Source of the DNA: the human T2T-CHM13v2.0 reference genome, Homo sapiens
Reading direction: 5' to 3' (one strand)
DNA length: 64,000 nt
Assembly: GCF_009914755.1 (NCBI RefSeq)
Contig: NC_060927.1
Shown here: positions 33,643-50,591 of the stretch, in pieces
Layout: each line of letters begins with the position of its first letter
Numbering within the stretch: the stretch's first letter is position 1
Made by a program: the position numbers and the translations under genes
Notes under the pieces: generated by a model
The model's input: only the letters and a program-made list of their open reading frames with translations
Told to the model about the DNA's origin: nothing
The model's database searches: none

Positions 33643-34428
33643 AGCCACAATAGAAAAATTAGTATTAATTAGTTCCAGCCATGGCATTAAATCTGTTTTA
33701 AAATTTTAAGAAATCGAAAGGAAGGTATGAGATAATCTGTATATCATAATAAACAAACCTACAAACAAACAACTATAATATATTGAAGCTTCCTGAGGCA
33801 CACAGGGCAGTGCCACTGCAGTCACATGAAGTAATAGCACCTTCAAGGGGTTGCCCCAAACCCACAGGCTCTGACATTACTGATCAATACTTCTTAAATT
33901 TCTAAAGTATTGTTATCATTTCTTTATCATGAGATAATAGAACTGTGTCATTTTTTATTTTAGAATAAATGATTTATTTATATATGCACAGAAAAATCAC
34001 TGAAAAGCTTGGAATAAAAACTAAAGTTTTAACCATGCTCATTGTCTCACTCAGATGATTTCTAAGCTTGTGTCTTTCTTTTCTATCATCTATTGTTTTT
34101 CCTTCCAAAGTGAAATTCTCTTTATCTTTGAATATGATGTAAATGACGTGAAAATATGTTTATCTTGTTTTTATCACACATGGAGGTCTCCAATTCATAG
34201 GTAGCTCAAAGGGCCAATTGGCGTGCATAACACTAAACTTAAAGAGCATATACCTTACATACTCTTACTCTGGAAGGAAGGAAGCCAATGATCACCCAAT
34301 TGAACAAGCTATATTAGGGATAAGAAAATATGACTGTTGATGTCAAACAAAACCAATGCTTTTAAATACCATTTCAGGGTTCACACCCAACCTCTCCACC
34401 ATCAGTAATGACACCACCATCATTCTAC

Positions 34429-34554
34429 CTTCACAAGACTTTGATTTGAGATTATATCTGTAGCCTTCAGGGCATTCACATTCAAAATCTCCTGGGATGT
34501 TCTTGCACACAGCTGTGCCACAAATGCTTGGCTTCAAAGAGCATTCATCCACAT
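34429..34554 (-). pseudogene. PROS2P: Pseudo-exon 7 (EGF3)
   Basis: 126 bp, VDECSLKPSICGTAVCKNIPGDFECECPEGYRYNLKSKSCE; tag/gtagaa sites; no amino-acid change seen. Confidence 0.95.
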
Positions 34555-35594
34555 CTATAAATAAAATCACTATATTAAAAACATTTTTCCCATACCAGCA
34601 GACACTAGCAAAGAACTCTTGATTTTTGTTTCCTGGATCTAGTTTACTGTATGTAATGAGATAACAGATTGGCCTTCGGACAAAAAAAAAAACATTAAAT
34701 CTATCATCATATGTTAGTTCACTAAATATGATTTCTTTCTACAAATGCACAGGGAATTTGATTGATGTTTGCCATGTTCCTTTCTAGTTATGTTAAGGAG
34801 AAAGCTTTAGAAATTTTCTTATTTGCCAGGTTGTGGTATGACAATAAATGGAAGTCTTGGAAACAGATTCACTGCATATTATCACAAGTATTTTTTTTGT
34901 AGATGGGATGGCTCATCTATTTGATCTTGTTTCTTTGGAAAAGAACAAATATCTAATTTATACACTACTATTGTTGTCTAAAGTAGACAATAGTGATTCA
35001 AATTTAAAATAAGATTAAAGTCTCTAAGTACTTATAAATCTGTAGTTAATCCAATATGAATTTAGTGCTAAATGGATATTCCAGAAATTTCAGATGCACA
35101 TATTATATTGTGAAATTAAGAAGGAGACAACATATTGATAGTAACTAGTTACTAGATGAGGACCTGTGAAGAAAACAAAACATGTGACAGAAATAGTTCA
35201 ACGGAGATGGAATTATTAGTGAACCCTTCTGTGTACTCTCTGGAGAAAGACAAATTCAGAACAGAAAATATGTTTTCTATTCTAAAAGTTGACAGCTTTT
35301 TTTCCAGATTAATCATCAAAATTTAGGATATTATTTAAAATAACTTGCACAAAAATAATAAAACCAGTTCCCTTGTAGGAATTTTTCTATATTTTCACTG
35401 TATCATTGTCAATGTCTTGAGTGTGAAATTGTACTACCATTTTGTAAAATGTTACCTTTAAGGGAAAACGGGGTAAAGGGTACATAGCATCTCTCTGTAT
35501 TACTTCTTACAACTTCATGTGAATCTTTAATTCAAAGTAAAATATCCAATTTTTTAAAAAGAGCTAAAAACTCTATGTTTTTGAAATAAAGTAA

Positions 35595-35945
35595 GCCTGA
35601 GCAACAGTGGGACACTGTCTCTACAAAGTTTTTTTTTTCTTAAATTAGCCAGGAGTGGGCCGGGCATGGCGGCAGTGCTATAATCCTAGCACTTTGGGAA
35701 GCAAAGTGTTCGAGACCAGCCTGAGCAACATGGTGGAACACCACTTCTATATATTGAAAAAAAAAAAAAGCAAAAGAGAAAAACATTAGCCAGGAGTGGT
35801 GGCATGTGTTCTTGTTACTAAGGAAGATAAGGCAAGAGGATTACTTGAACCCAGAAGCTGGAGTGCCTTGAACTATGATTGCACCACTCCACTCCATCCT
35901 GGGCAACAGCGGGAGACCCTGTCACTAAATAAATAAATAATAAAA
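35595..35945 (+). mobile_element. Truncated AluJ with a nested FLAM-like monomer
   Basis: Monomer ~35658-35784 flanked by TSD attagccaggagtg. Confidence 0.85.
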
Positions 35946-36098
35946 TATAATAAAATCAGTAAAAATATGTCAATAAGTGTATTTGGTTTGAGGCATATTT
36001 CAGGGAATTATTTAGATCATACAAGTTTAAGTTACAGTGCATTGGTTTTATGACTCCACACTGACATCTAATGTTTGATTGAAAGGTTTTATGCTTTC

Positions 36099-36377
36099 AG
36101 CTGGGCACAGTGGCTCATGTCTGTAATCCCAGCACTTTGGAAGGCCAAGGCAGGCAGATCACTTGAGCTCAGGCGTTCAAGACCAGCCTGGTCAACATGG
36201 CAAAACCCCGTCTTTACCGAAAAATACAAAATTAGACAGGCGTGGTGGCGTGCGTCTGTGGTCCCAGCTACTCGGGAGGCAGAGGCAAGAGAATCACTTG
36301 AATCCGGGAAACAGAGGTTGTAGTGAGTCAAGCTCACACTACATTCCAGCCTGGGCATCATAGCGAGACTCTGTCTC

Positions 36378-36428
<51 letters not shown>

Positions 36429-36460
36429 GAAAAAAGAAGAAAGAAGAAGAAGAAAGAGAA
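36099..36460 (+). mobile_element. Alu with poly(A) followed by (GAA)n tail
   Basis: Dimer; TSD gaaa(g/a)gttttat. Confidence 0.9.
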
Positions 36461-36547
36461 AAGTTTTATTTATTCTTTCATCTTTAGACAGTTACTGGCA
36501 ACTGGATCCCAACCATTTCTACATCTTGGCAAACGTCCCATTGTAAT

Positions 36548-36852
36548 AGTTTTTTTTTTTTTTTTCTTTATTAGACGGAGTCTCCCTCTGTTGTCCAGGC
36601 TAAAGCGCAGTGGCGCGATCTCGGCTCACCGGAAGCTCCGCCTCCCGGGTTCACGCCATTCTCCTGCTTCAGCCTCCAGAGTAGCTGGGACTGCAGGCGC
36701 CCGCCACCACACCCAGCTAATTTTTTGTACTTTTAGTAGAGACCGGGTTTCACCGTGTTAGCCAGGATGATCTCGATCTCCTGACCTCCTGATCCACCCG
36801 CCTCGGCCTCCCGAAGTGCTGGGATTACAGGCGTGAGCCACCGCGCCTGGCT
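36548..36852 (-). mobile_element. AluY
   Basis: CpG-rich AluY motifs; TSD tgtaat(a/c)g. Confidence 0.93.
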
Positions 36853-37051
36853 GTAATCGATTTTTATATATTCTTCTATCTGTTTTCTACGCTATTACTT
36901 ACATATCATGGGTAAACAATAATGCAAATGAATATAAGGACAGATGTGGTCATCAGGAACATTCCTATTAATAAGAGCACTTTTGTAATCATTTACACAT
37001 ATATATGTGTATTAACTGAGTGGATAAGAATTAAATACTTTTTAGTTTTTA

Positions 37052-37365
<314 letters not shown>

Positions 37366-38502
37366 AAACACAAATTCTTTAGAAAGAGACTATGAGAGTA
37401 TTTAAGAGTAGAAGTATGAATGGGTACTATTTGTTTACAAAATGCAGATGGTATCCAGCATTGTGATGGTTTTTCTATCACTCATGTTCTAATGACAGTC
37501 TTATTCTAAGCAGTATCAGAATCCAAACTCAGACCTTCAAATAGGCAGATAAGAAACATACATGGTCACAAATTGGATAACTGTTTAGAAGAATTTGTTG
37601 TTGATGTAGTTCACTTTAGAGTCATTTAACTGCAGTTTAAATAACATTATAGTACATTTTATCATACTAAACACTGCTATTCAGTAAGAGATAGACGATT
37701 TGAACATGAATCCAATTTAGGGCTTTATCAAAACATATATAAAATAAAGAGTTGAACAAGAAATTCACATTTTAACTTATTTTTTTTTTTTAACATTTTA
37801 GCAAAAAAAAAAAAAAAAAAAGTAGTGGAGGAGAGAACTTGGATATTAATTGTATCCAGTTTCTAAAGACAAATTTTAAGTCCAGGTGGGAAATTTCGTT
37901 TTTAGTCATCCATACACCTGGTATGAACACTTGAAGATTTAGTCATAGCATTAACACAGGCAAACTGAAAGACAGTATACAGAGAGAAAAAAAGTCAAAA
38001 TTTAGGGATAGGAAAACAATGAAAAACAAAAGAAATGCACTAGTAAAATGACTTGTTAGAAAACTAAACTAACAGGGAATATTTAAGTCTGAAGGAGAAA
38101 AAGGAGTTATGACCAATGATATGATCTTAAAGGTATAAAGAGAAAGAAAACTAGATCTTTTACTTTCCCAAAACCACAGCAGGAAATGAGGTGCCAGATG
38201 AAGAGTTGATGTTGGAAATCAGAAAAGTATTTCTGAAAAGGAAAAATAAAATACAATGGAAGAAGTTATTGCAGTGGATTTCTTTCTATGGCTATTTATC
38301 TTACTAGAAGAAAATAAAAAATATAACGTCTGAAAACAAAGGATAAACAATTATTTTGCAAAGTTTGTAGCATGCAAAGACTTGCATTGAAACGTCACTT
38401 TATAATAAAATTCCTTATTGAAACATGCACACAAGTCTGTACATGCACATATAATAAGAAAATTTTAAAAAATCGTGTTATCAGTACTGTAAACTAAAAT
38501 GC

Positions 38503-38800
38503 AGGTCAGGCACAGAGCTCCCACCTGTAAACCCAGCACTTTGGGAGGCTGAGGCAGGAGGCTCACTTGAGTTCAAGATCAGTTTGGGCAACATGATGGA
38601 ACCCCATCTCTACAAAAAATACAAAACAAAACTAGCTGGGCATGGTGGCATGCACTTGCAGCCCCAGCTACTTCGGAGGCTGAAGTCAGAGGATCAATTA
38701 AGCTCGGGAGGTAAAGGCTACAGTGAGCCATGATGGAGCCACTCCACTCCAGCCTGGGAGACAGAGTGAGACCCTATCTCTCAAAAACAAACAAAATCTA
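38503..38800 (+). mobile_element. AluJ
   Basis: Diverged dimer ending ~160 bp from exon 6. Confidence 0.85.
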
Positions 38801-38958
38801 AAAAGCAGTTCCACAATATCACAAGGCTTCAATGTTGATAAAAATGTGTTAGTATAAGCACTTACAATCATTTTTCTAAAAATTTGCTAGTAAAATTTCT
38901 CTAACTGGGATTATTCTCACACAGTAAATGTGTTTTAATTCTACCATCCTGCTCTTAC

Positions 38959-39090
38959 CTTTACAGTCTTTCTTATTTGAAAGCATAACAAAACCACTTT
39001 TACAGGAACAGTGGTAACTTCCAGGTGTATTATCACAAATTTGACTGCAACCTCCATTTATATTTGAGGGATCTTTGCGTTCATTTATGT
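38959..39090 (-). pseudogene. PROS2P: Pseudo-exon 6 (EGF2), C161R
   Basis: 132 bp, INERKDPSNINGGCSQICDNTPGSYHCSCKSGFVMLSNKKDCK; tag/gtaaga sites. Confidence 0.95.
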
Positions 39091-39195
39091 CTAAAACAGG
39101 AAAAAAATAAATTATTTTTAAAGTAATATAACCAGCAGAGAACTTTTCAGGAGACCAATCCTGATGAGCTGGGGGGCAGGGGTTACTATACATAC

Positions 39196-39318
39196 CAAAT
39201 TCACACTTTTCTCCTTGCCAACCTGGTTTACAAATGCAAGTAAAAGAAGCTTTTCCTTCTTTGCAACTCATATATCCATCTGCATTGCATGGCAGAGGAC
39301 TACATTGGTCTGGAATGG
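39196..39318 (-). pseudogene. PROS2P: Pseudo-exon 5 (EGF1)
   Basis: 123 bp, IPDQCSPLPCNADGYMSCKEGKASFTCICKPGWQGEKCEF; cag/gtatgt sites; E128A, D136E, T144I. Confidence 0.95.
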
Positions 39319-39523
39319 CTGAAGGAAATAGACATCTATTTATTTTTTTTACCTAATGTCATGGTAAAATAAAATTGTGTGCACTGTAATAAAAATCCTG
39401 AAGTCTAGAACCAATGAAAAAAAAAAAAAAAACACAACTCCTTCTTTTAAATAATACTTTTCTTAAATTAAAAAGTGAGCCCATTAGGCAAATATTTATA
39501 ATTATTTTGTAAAAGTAAACTAC

Positions 39524-40909
39524 AGATGGCAGCAGTGGCCCATCTACAGTGGCCGCTGCCAAGATGCCTGCTGCAGCGGGGAGGTGGGCCAGGGCCTCCC
39601 ACTCCATGGAGCAAGTAGGAGTCCCACACTCCTCGGATGCTGCTGCAGCTTCCCTGTCATGGCTCCGGACCTGGGTGTCTCTGTGCTCTTGGGGTCCTGC
39701 TCCTGCTGCCAGGCTTCTCCCCACAGCAGGCATCCACTCTGATCTTAGAGGCATGGCTGGGGCTACACATGCCCCAGAGCTGGTGAAAACCAAGGACAAG
39801 GGGGAGCCCCACCCCTTTCAAACTGGTGGGACAAGAGTGCCCTGAGTGCAGCTGCAGCTGCCCAAGCCTGGCTGGAAACCTGGGCATCTCTGTGCTCTTG
39901 AGGGCCTGGGAAAGCCCATTCTGCCCACCACAGGCTCAGCAGTGCCTGCTCTTGCTTCCTGGCCTCTCCTCACTCCTGGCACCCACTCTGGTCATGGAGC
40001 AAGGTTGGAGCTGAAGCCAGCTGCTCTTGCAGCCAGGCCGGGTGGGCATAGGTTCAGGGCAGTGCTAACATGCCAGCCCCTGCCCCCTCCAGTCTTTGGG
40101 CTCCAACAAGCATGGGAAGGGAGCTGAGGGCGGTGCTGAGGGCAGCTCAGTGTTGGCCTGCAGGCACCCCCTCGGCACAAACAGGCTGGGTGCCATGAAC
40201 AGTGGCAGGAGGTAGACAGCTTCCTAGGTGGAAAAGGGTGGGTCCCTGTGAAGTCCCACCTTCAGGCTGGGGAAGGCCTGGGGCCTGTGGGCTGGGCTGT
40301 CAGTCCTGCTGACTGAAAGGGGAACACTTGGTGCTTTTTCCTGGGCCCACCCATGGCAGCCCATGGACCAGTCAGCATGTACTTTCCTCCTCTGAAGACC
40401 ATAAAAATGAAGACCATAAAAACTCTAGACTCAGCCAGAGCACAACAGATATCCAGACAACCAGCTGCAGAAAGGAGCTATTATCTCCAGGGCCTCCTCT
40501 GTACTGGGAGTTGCAGACATCGAATGACCTGTCTGCAGAGAACCACCCTCTCCAGGCCCTCCTCTGCTGAGAGCTGCTGATGGGACAACCAGCTGCAGAG
40601 AGCAGCCACCCACTCTAGGCCTCCTCTCTACTGAGAGCTGCAGAGACAATGGGATGACCTGGCTTCAAGTCCTCCTGTTTGCTGAGAGCTGAACACTTGA
40701 TGGGACAACCTGCCTACAGAGATGAGCTACCCACTGAGGGTCTCCTCTGAGCTGTTCTAATGCTCAGTAAAGCTCCTATTCATCTTGCTCACCCTCCACT
40801 TTTCTGCATATCTCATTCTTCATGGATCCAGGACAAGAACTCAGGCAAAGGCACCACCAGCCACAGAAGTTTCCAGCCAGAAAAGCAACACCCCAAAGAT
40901 CCCATAACA
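39524..40909 (+). mobile_element. Solo MER52-family LTR (ERV1), GC-rich, ~1.39 kb
   Basis: Begins (t)gatggcagcagtggcccatct; internal repeats ctcctctctgctgagagctg / gggacaacc; ends ccccaaagatcccataaca; 4-bp TSD ctac/cttc. Confidence 0.82.
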
Positions 40910-41050
40910 CTTCTTTTGCATTGAAAGTATATATAGTATTTCATAGTTGTAATTTAGATATTTTTCCAAATATATTACCTCATTTGAGCCTTAGAACAAT
41001 TCCATAAGGTAGACAGAACAATACTATTCTCAACATTAAGAGAAAAAAGA

Positions 41051-45370
<4,320 letters not shown>

Positions 45371-46549
45371 ATAAAGTACAAGTAAAGATCAATTATAGTA
45401 CCTTGTTTATTTTCTTCCTAAAATATCAAAGCACTTTATCAATATGGCAAAAGACATGCCTTTTTTTTTTTTATTTGTAATTTCTGTCCCCTCGTTAGAT
45501 ACTGCAATAGTCCCTTGGTTTCTGCACATTTCCACACCAGCTTCTCAACTTCCCAGTCAACTGTACATGTTCTTCCCATCCTTCCGATACTTCCAATACT
45601 CCCAATACTGCCAATATTTCTATCTCTTTGCATATGTTAGCCAAAGACAATTTTTGTTGTTAAATAAATAAATAACCAACCTAGCTAATGCCTAATTAAT
45701 TCCACAATTTTTTTAAAAAGTCTTCATCAGATCAAGTTTTTTTGAGATGTGGCAATACTTAGGTATTAGTTAAAAATCATAGAAAAGAAACTAATAGAAA
45801 AATTTTATCAAAATTATTATTCTTCTGTTCTTTGGTAAATTTTAAGAAAAGATAAAGCATGAATTAAATAATTAAATATACGTGTTCAGACAAACTATTC
45901 TATCTGTGTAATTACAAGCACTTTAAATTAGAGAAAAACACAGTTAAATGAATATCTAGAGAATGTAAATTCTGGGTGCAAAATATTCTCTGAACAAACA
46001 TCACAATTTATATCTTGCAGTTGCACCATTTGCTTTTACTAATTTACCAATTTTCCAACAAAGAGTCAAAAATAATGTACCAGAATTATCATTAGGCCCC
46101 TTGTGAACTTCAGAGCAAGAAAGCTAATTTGATTGATGTAACATTTTCCACTTTTATATTATCAGTGCCAAAAAGTTAGAAGAATAAACATGGCTCTACT
46201 CTGAGCTATTAATCTACTTTAACATTTAGTCACACTACATGATTATGCAACAACAGCCAAAATGAAACTGTTGGGAATAAAAATTCCGAAGCTGATGACC
46301 TAAAGCTTACTAAACAGAGAACACTGTTCAGTTTACACATTAGGCAAAAAAATTCATTTTGAGTAATACAGCAGCATTTACAACTATAAACAAGTATTTT
46401 AAATGTAGTCTGAAAATACTTCCTTGTTGGGCATACAACCCATCAAAGGATCATTTCTCAATTTTTAAACATTAGTTTATATTAGCATGGGTGTACGTTA
46501 CCTACAGAGTTTTTATTTTGTTTTTTCAGTTGATGGTAGAAGTGCTTAC

Positions 46550-46636
46550 CATTGACACAGCTTCTTAGGTCAGGATAAGCATTAGTTGACTAATGTGCAG
46601 CAGTGAATAACCCAGTTTGAAAAGAGAGAAGACACA
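46550..46636 (-). pseudogene. PROS2P: Pseudo-exon 4 (thrombin-sensitive region), premature stop Q102*
   Basis: 87 bp, CLLSFQTGLFTAAH*STNAYPDLRSCVN. TAG at 46590-46592; cag acceptor and gtaagc donor intact. Confidence 0.95.
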
Positions 46637-47399
46637 CTGAAAATAAAAACGAACATAATCTTCTTGCAGTAGACACATATACTTGATCTGAATTCATGGT
46701 AGGAACTGTCCCAAGAGGTAGGATATTTATGCTCCTGTGGATTCACAAGATTCAGTCTTCAAAATGCAACACTAAATGTTTCCATCTACCTTTCTGAAAA
46801 ATTAAAAATCTACAAGCAAGACGGCAACAGATACAGAATCATAAAAAATAGGTCTGTGACAGCTTCTTCTCTCTGGAGAAGAACCTTAAAGTCAGAAGTG
46901 AAAAAAACCTTGGTTTAGCACAGAAATTTATTGTCATATAAGTCTATGTTTTTAATTCCATAGAGAAACGAGATGTTACCTTCAAATCTATTGACCAGAG
47001 TCTGATTTATAAAGTATATATATTTAAGTCAATACAATCAGTTTGTGTTTCTACTTGCTATAGAAACACAATACAGCCTGCTATAGAAACACAATTAAAC
47101 CCTGAGATTAATACAATAATATGTGTATAATGCTTCTATATTACAAAACAGGTTTACTTCATTCCCTTCATTCTTCACTACAACCCTGTGAAATCAGATA
47201 TAGCAACGTACTTACTAGCAATATCTACTAGGAAACTAAGAAATAACAGCTGGAATTGTAAAGATGAAATACTTTGCAACTTTAACATAACTAGGAGTTT
47301 CTTATTGCCAAAAATATATTTCTTAAGAGGCACTAAAGGCACTATATGTATTACTTCATTGTTCAGTCACCGGCTTACTATAGAGAAAAAAGGTGTTTT

Positions 47400-48435
47400 A
47401 CTTAGCATTTGCCGAGTAACAAACCATCCCCAAAATTAGTAGCTTAAATAATCATTGTATTTTTCTCATGATTTGTGGGTCAAATATTTGCAGAGTTTGG
47501 TTGAGTTGTTTGTCTCTGCTTCCAATGGAGTCAACCAGTATGGCTGGGGCAGGGGACTGCGTCCAAGATGGAGCTAACGTTCTTTGGCATCTCTCTTTCC
47601 ATATGATAGATCATGCTTCAAAGTTCTCCATGTGGGTGTTTCTCTTAGCATGCTGGTCTTAAAGTGGCACTTCTTTCATGACAGCTAGCTTCTAAGAGAG
47701 AGAAAGCAAGCTGCCATGGCAGTTATGGGACATTGTATCACTTCTATCATATTCTATTGATCAAAGGGGTCCCAGGGTCCACCCAGATTCAAAGAGTAGG
47801 GTGTGGGTGGGGGATTTATTCTACCTCTTGATGAGGACACAGCAAAATGACACTGTAGAAGGGTATGTGGAATGGAAGACATTTTTGAACCATCTTTGGA
47901 AAAATACAATGTATCACAGACAGATTAAAAGATTCATTTGAAGTCAGCATGTGTTTAGGTTACCTATGGCTGCTATGACGAATTACCACAAATTTAGTAG
48001 CTTTAAATAATAAAAATTTATTGTTTTACAGTGCCGAGAGTCCAAAACCAAAGGGCTAGCAGGGTTCCATTCCTTCTGGAGACTTCAAGGAAGAATCCCT
48101 TTCCTTGCCTTTTCCAGCTTCTAGAGGCTATCTGCATTCCTGGGCTCATGGCCTCATCCTTGTATGTCTACCAATTCTTGCTTTGTCATTCCATATCTAC
48201 TACTGACTCTAGTCTCCTGCCATCCTGTTATAAGGACCCTTATGGTTTTATCGGGTGCTCTCAGATATCCCAGGATAATGTCTCCATGGAAAGATCTTTC
48301 ATCACATCTGCAAAGTCTCTTTTTGCCATATAAGGTAACAGTCACAAGTTCTGAGGATTAGGACATAGATATGTTTGGGGAGGGGAGGGGCAGGCAGGTT
48401 GGAGAAAGGAGGTCATTATTCAGCCTATTATGGTG
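47400..48435 (-). mobile_element. Two old MaLR LTRs (MLT1-type), ~47400-47920 and ~47950-48435
   Basis: gtaacaaaccatccccaaaattagtagcttaaa; ggctgctatgacgaattaccacaaatttagtagc...cacaagttctgaggattaggacatag. Confidence 0.7.
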
Positions 48436-48923
48436 AGTTAGAATATTTTCCCAAGTAAATCTTAGCTTACACATCATGGGGGTGTTTCTGGAGCCCCTAT
48501 CTGAGTCCACTTTGTGTTGCTATAACAAAATACCACAGACTGGCTAATTTATAAAAGAAAGAAATTTACTTCTCCCAGTTCTGGAGACTGGGAAGTCTGA
48601 TATAAAGGTGCTTCAGCATCTCATGAAGGCGATCTTACTACACCATCCCACAGCAGATGGCAAAAGAGTTAGGGTGAAAGAGCAGGAGGCTGAACTTGCA
48701 GCCTCAAGCCCTTTTATAATTAGTGTTAGGCCATTCATGATGGTGGAGCCCTAATAACCTAAACACCTCCCATTAGGCCCCACCTCCCAACACTGTTCCA
48801 TTGGGAATTAAGTTTCCAGCACATACTTTTTGAGGGTCACATTCAAAGCCTAGCATTTGCTCCAGCCCCCAAAATTTATGTCCTTCTCATGTGCAGAATA
48901 CATTCGTTCCATCTCAATAGCCC

Positions 48924-49664
48924 TGATACGGTTTGGCTGTGTCACCACCCAAAATCTCATCTTGAATTCTAATCCCCACAATCCCCACGAGTCAAGGACA
49001 GACCAGGTGGAGGTAGTTGAATCAGGGGGGCGATTTTCCCCATGCTGTTCTCATGATAGTGAATGAGTTCTCATGAGATCTGATGATTTTGTAAGTGTTT
49101 GGTAGTTCCTCCTGTGTTCATTCTCCTTCCTGCTGCCTTGTGAAGAAGGTGCCTTGCTTCCTGATATGGTTTGGCTGTGTCCCCACCCAAATTTCACTTT
49201 GAATTGTAATAATCCCCATGTGTCAAGGGCAGGGCCAGATGGAGATAATTGAATCATGGGGGGCAATTTCCCCCATACTGTTCTCATGGTAGTGAGTAAG
49301 TCTCACAAGATCTGATGATTTTATAAATGGGAGGTCCCCTGCACAAGCTCTCTTGCCTTCCACCAGGTAAGAAGTAACTTTGCTCCCTATTCACCTCCTG
49401 CCATGACTGTGAGACCTTTCCAGCCATGTGGAACTGTGAGTCCATTAAACCTCTTTTACATTACAAATTACCCAGTCTCAGGTATGTCTTTATTAGCAAC
49501 ATGAAAATGAACTAATACACTTTCCCTTTGCCATCTGCCATGATTCTAAGTGTCCCAAGGCCTCCCCAGTCATGCTGAACTATAAGTCAATTAAACCTCT
49601 TTTTTTTAATAAATTATCCAGTCTCGGGTATGTCTTCATAATAGTGTGAAAACAGACTAATACA
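48924..49664 (+). mobile_element. THE1-type LTR (TSD agccc) containing a second THE1-type LTR at 49162-49519 (TSD cttcc/ctttc)
   Basis: Both start tgata(c/t)ggtttggctgtgtc and end actaataca, each with a 5-bp TSD. Confidence 0.9.
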
Positions 49665-50591
49665 AGCCCCAATGTCTTAACTCATACTAGCACCAACTCA
49701 AAAGTCCAAAGTCCAAAGTCTCATCTAAATCAGATATGGGTAAGACTCAAGGCATGATTCACCTTAAGGCAAACTCCCACCAGCTATGAGTTTCCAAAAT
49801 GCAATGAGATAAGCATGATGGACATTTCCATTACAAAAAGGAAAAACAGGTAAGAACAGTAACTGGTCCTAAGGAAGTCCAAAACCCATTAAGAAAAACA
49901 ACATAAAACATTAAATCTCTAATATAGTTTTCCTTGACTCTATGTCCTGACCTCTGAGCACACAGGGGTAGGGGTTGAGCCCTCAAGGCCTTGGCCAGCC
50001 CATCCCTATGGCTTTGCTGGATGTAGGCCATGCTGCGGCTCTCAAAGTTTGGAGTCTTGTGACTGCAGCTCTCCCAGACAGAAGTTGCATACTGGTAGCC
50101 CTGTAGCTCTGGGCTCTTGGGGCTTCCCAACTCTCATGGCTCCACTAGGCATTGCCCTGGTGGGGGCTCCCTACAGTGGCTCTGCTGCTGTAACAATTCT
50201 CTGCCTGAGCACCCCCAGGCTGTCCATAATAACCTTTGAAATCTAGGTGGAGGCCACCATGACCCCACAGCTCTTGCATTCTGTGCACCTGCAAAATTAA
50301 CACCACATGAATGCCACCAAGGCTTATGAGGTATGTACATTCCAGAGTGGTGGGTTGAGATGCACCTAGGCCCACTTGAACCATGGTTGGGATGGCCAAG
50401 GGACACTGTGCTGAAATTCAAGCAGCAGAGTCCCTAGGTCATACAGAGCAGTGGTGGTCCTTCAGGTGCCCCTCTGGAAACTGCATCAAGGTCCTGCTCT
50501 GGGCCAGTGATGGGAGAGGCAGCCTCAAAAATCTCTCAAATGTCTTTGGGGTCTTTCACCCATTGTTTTGAAAGACAGTGCCTGGCTCCTT

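Noticed and set aside
40440-40760. Spaced direct repeats resembling a CRISPR-like array
   Set aside because: Degenerate internal repeats of the MER52 LTR in primate DNA; no constant repeat/unique spacer structure and no cas genes.
39359-41007. Cluster of overlapping ORFs / apparent CpG-island gene
   Set aside because: Lies within a GC-rich MER52 LTR with few stop codons; CpGs are largely decayed; no recognisable domain.
45439-45633. ORF with IGS repeats
   Set aside because: Comes from a short 9-bp tandem repeat (ccaatact-); no coding evidence.
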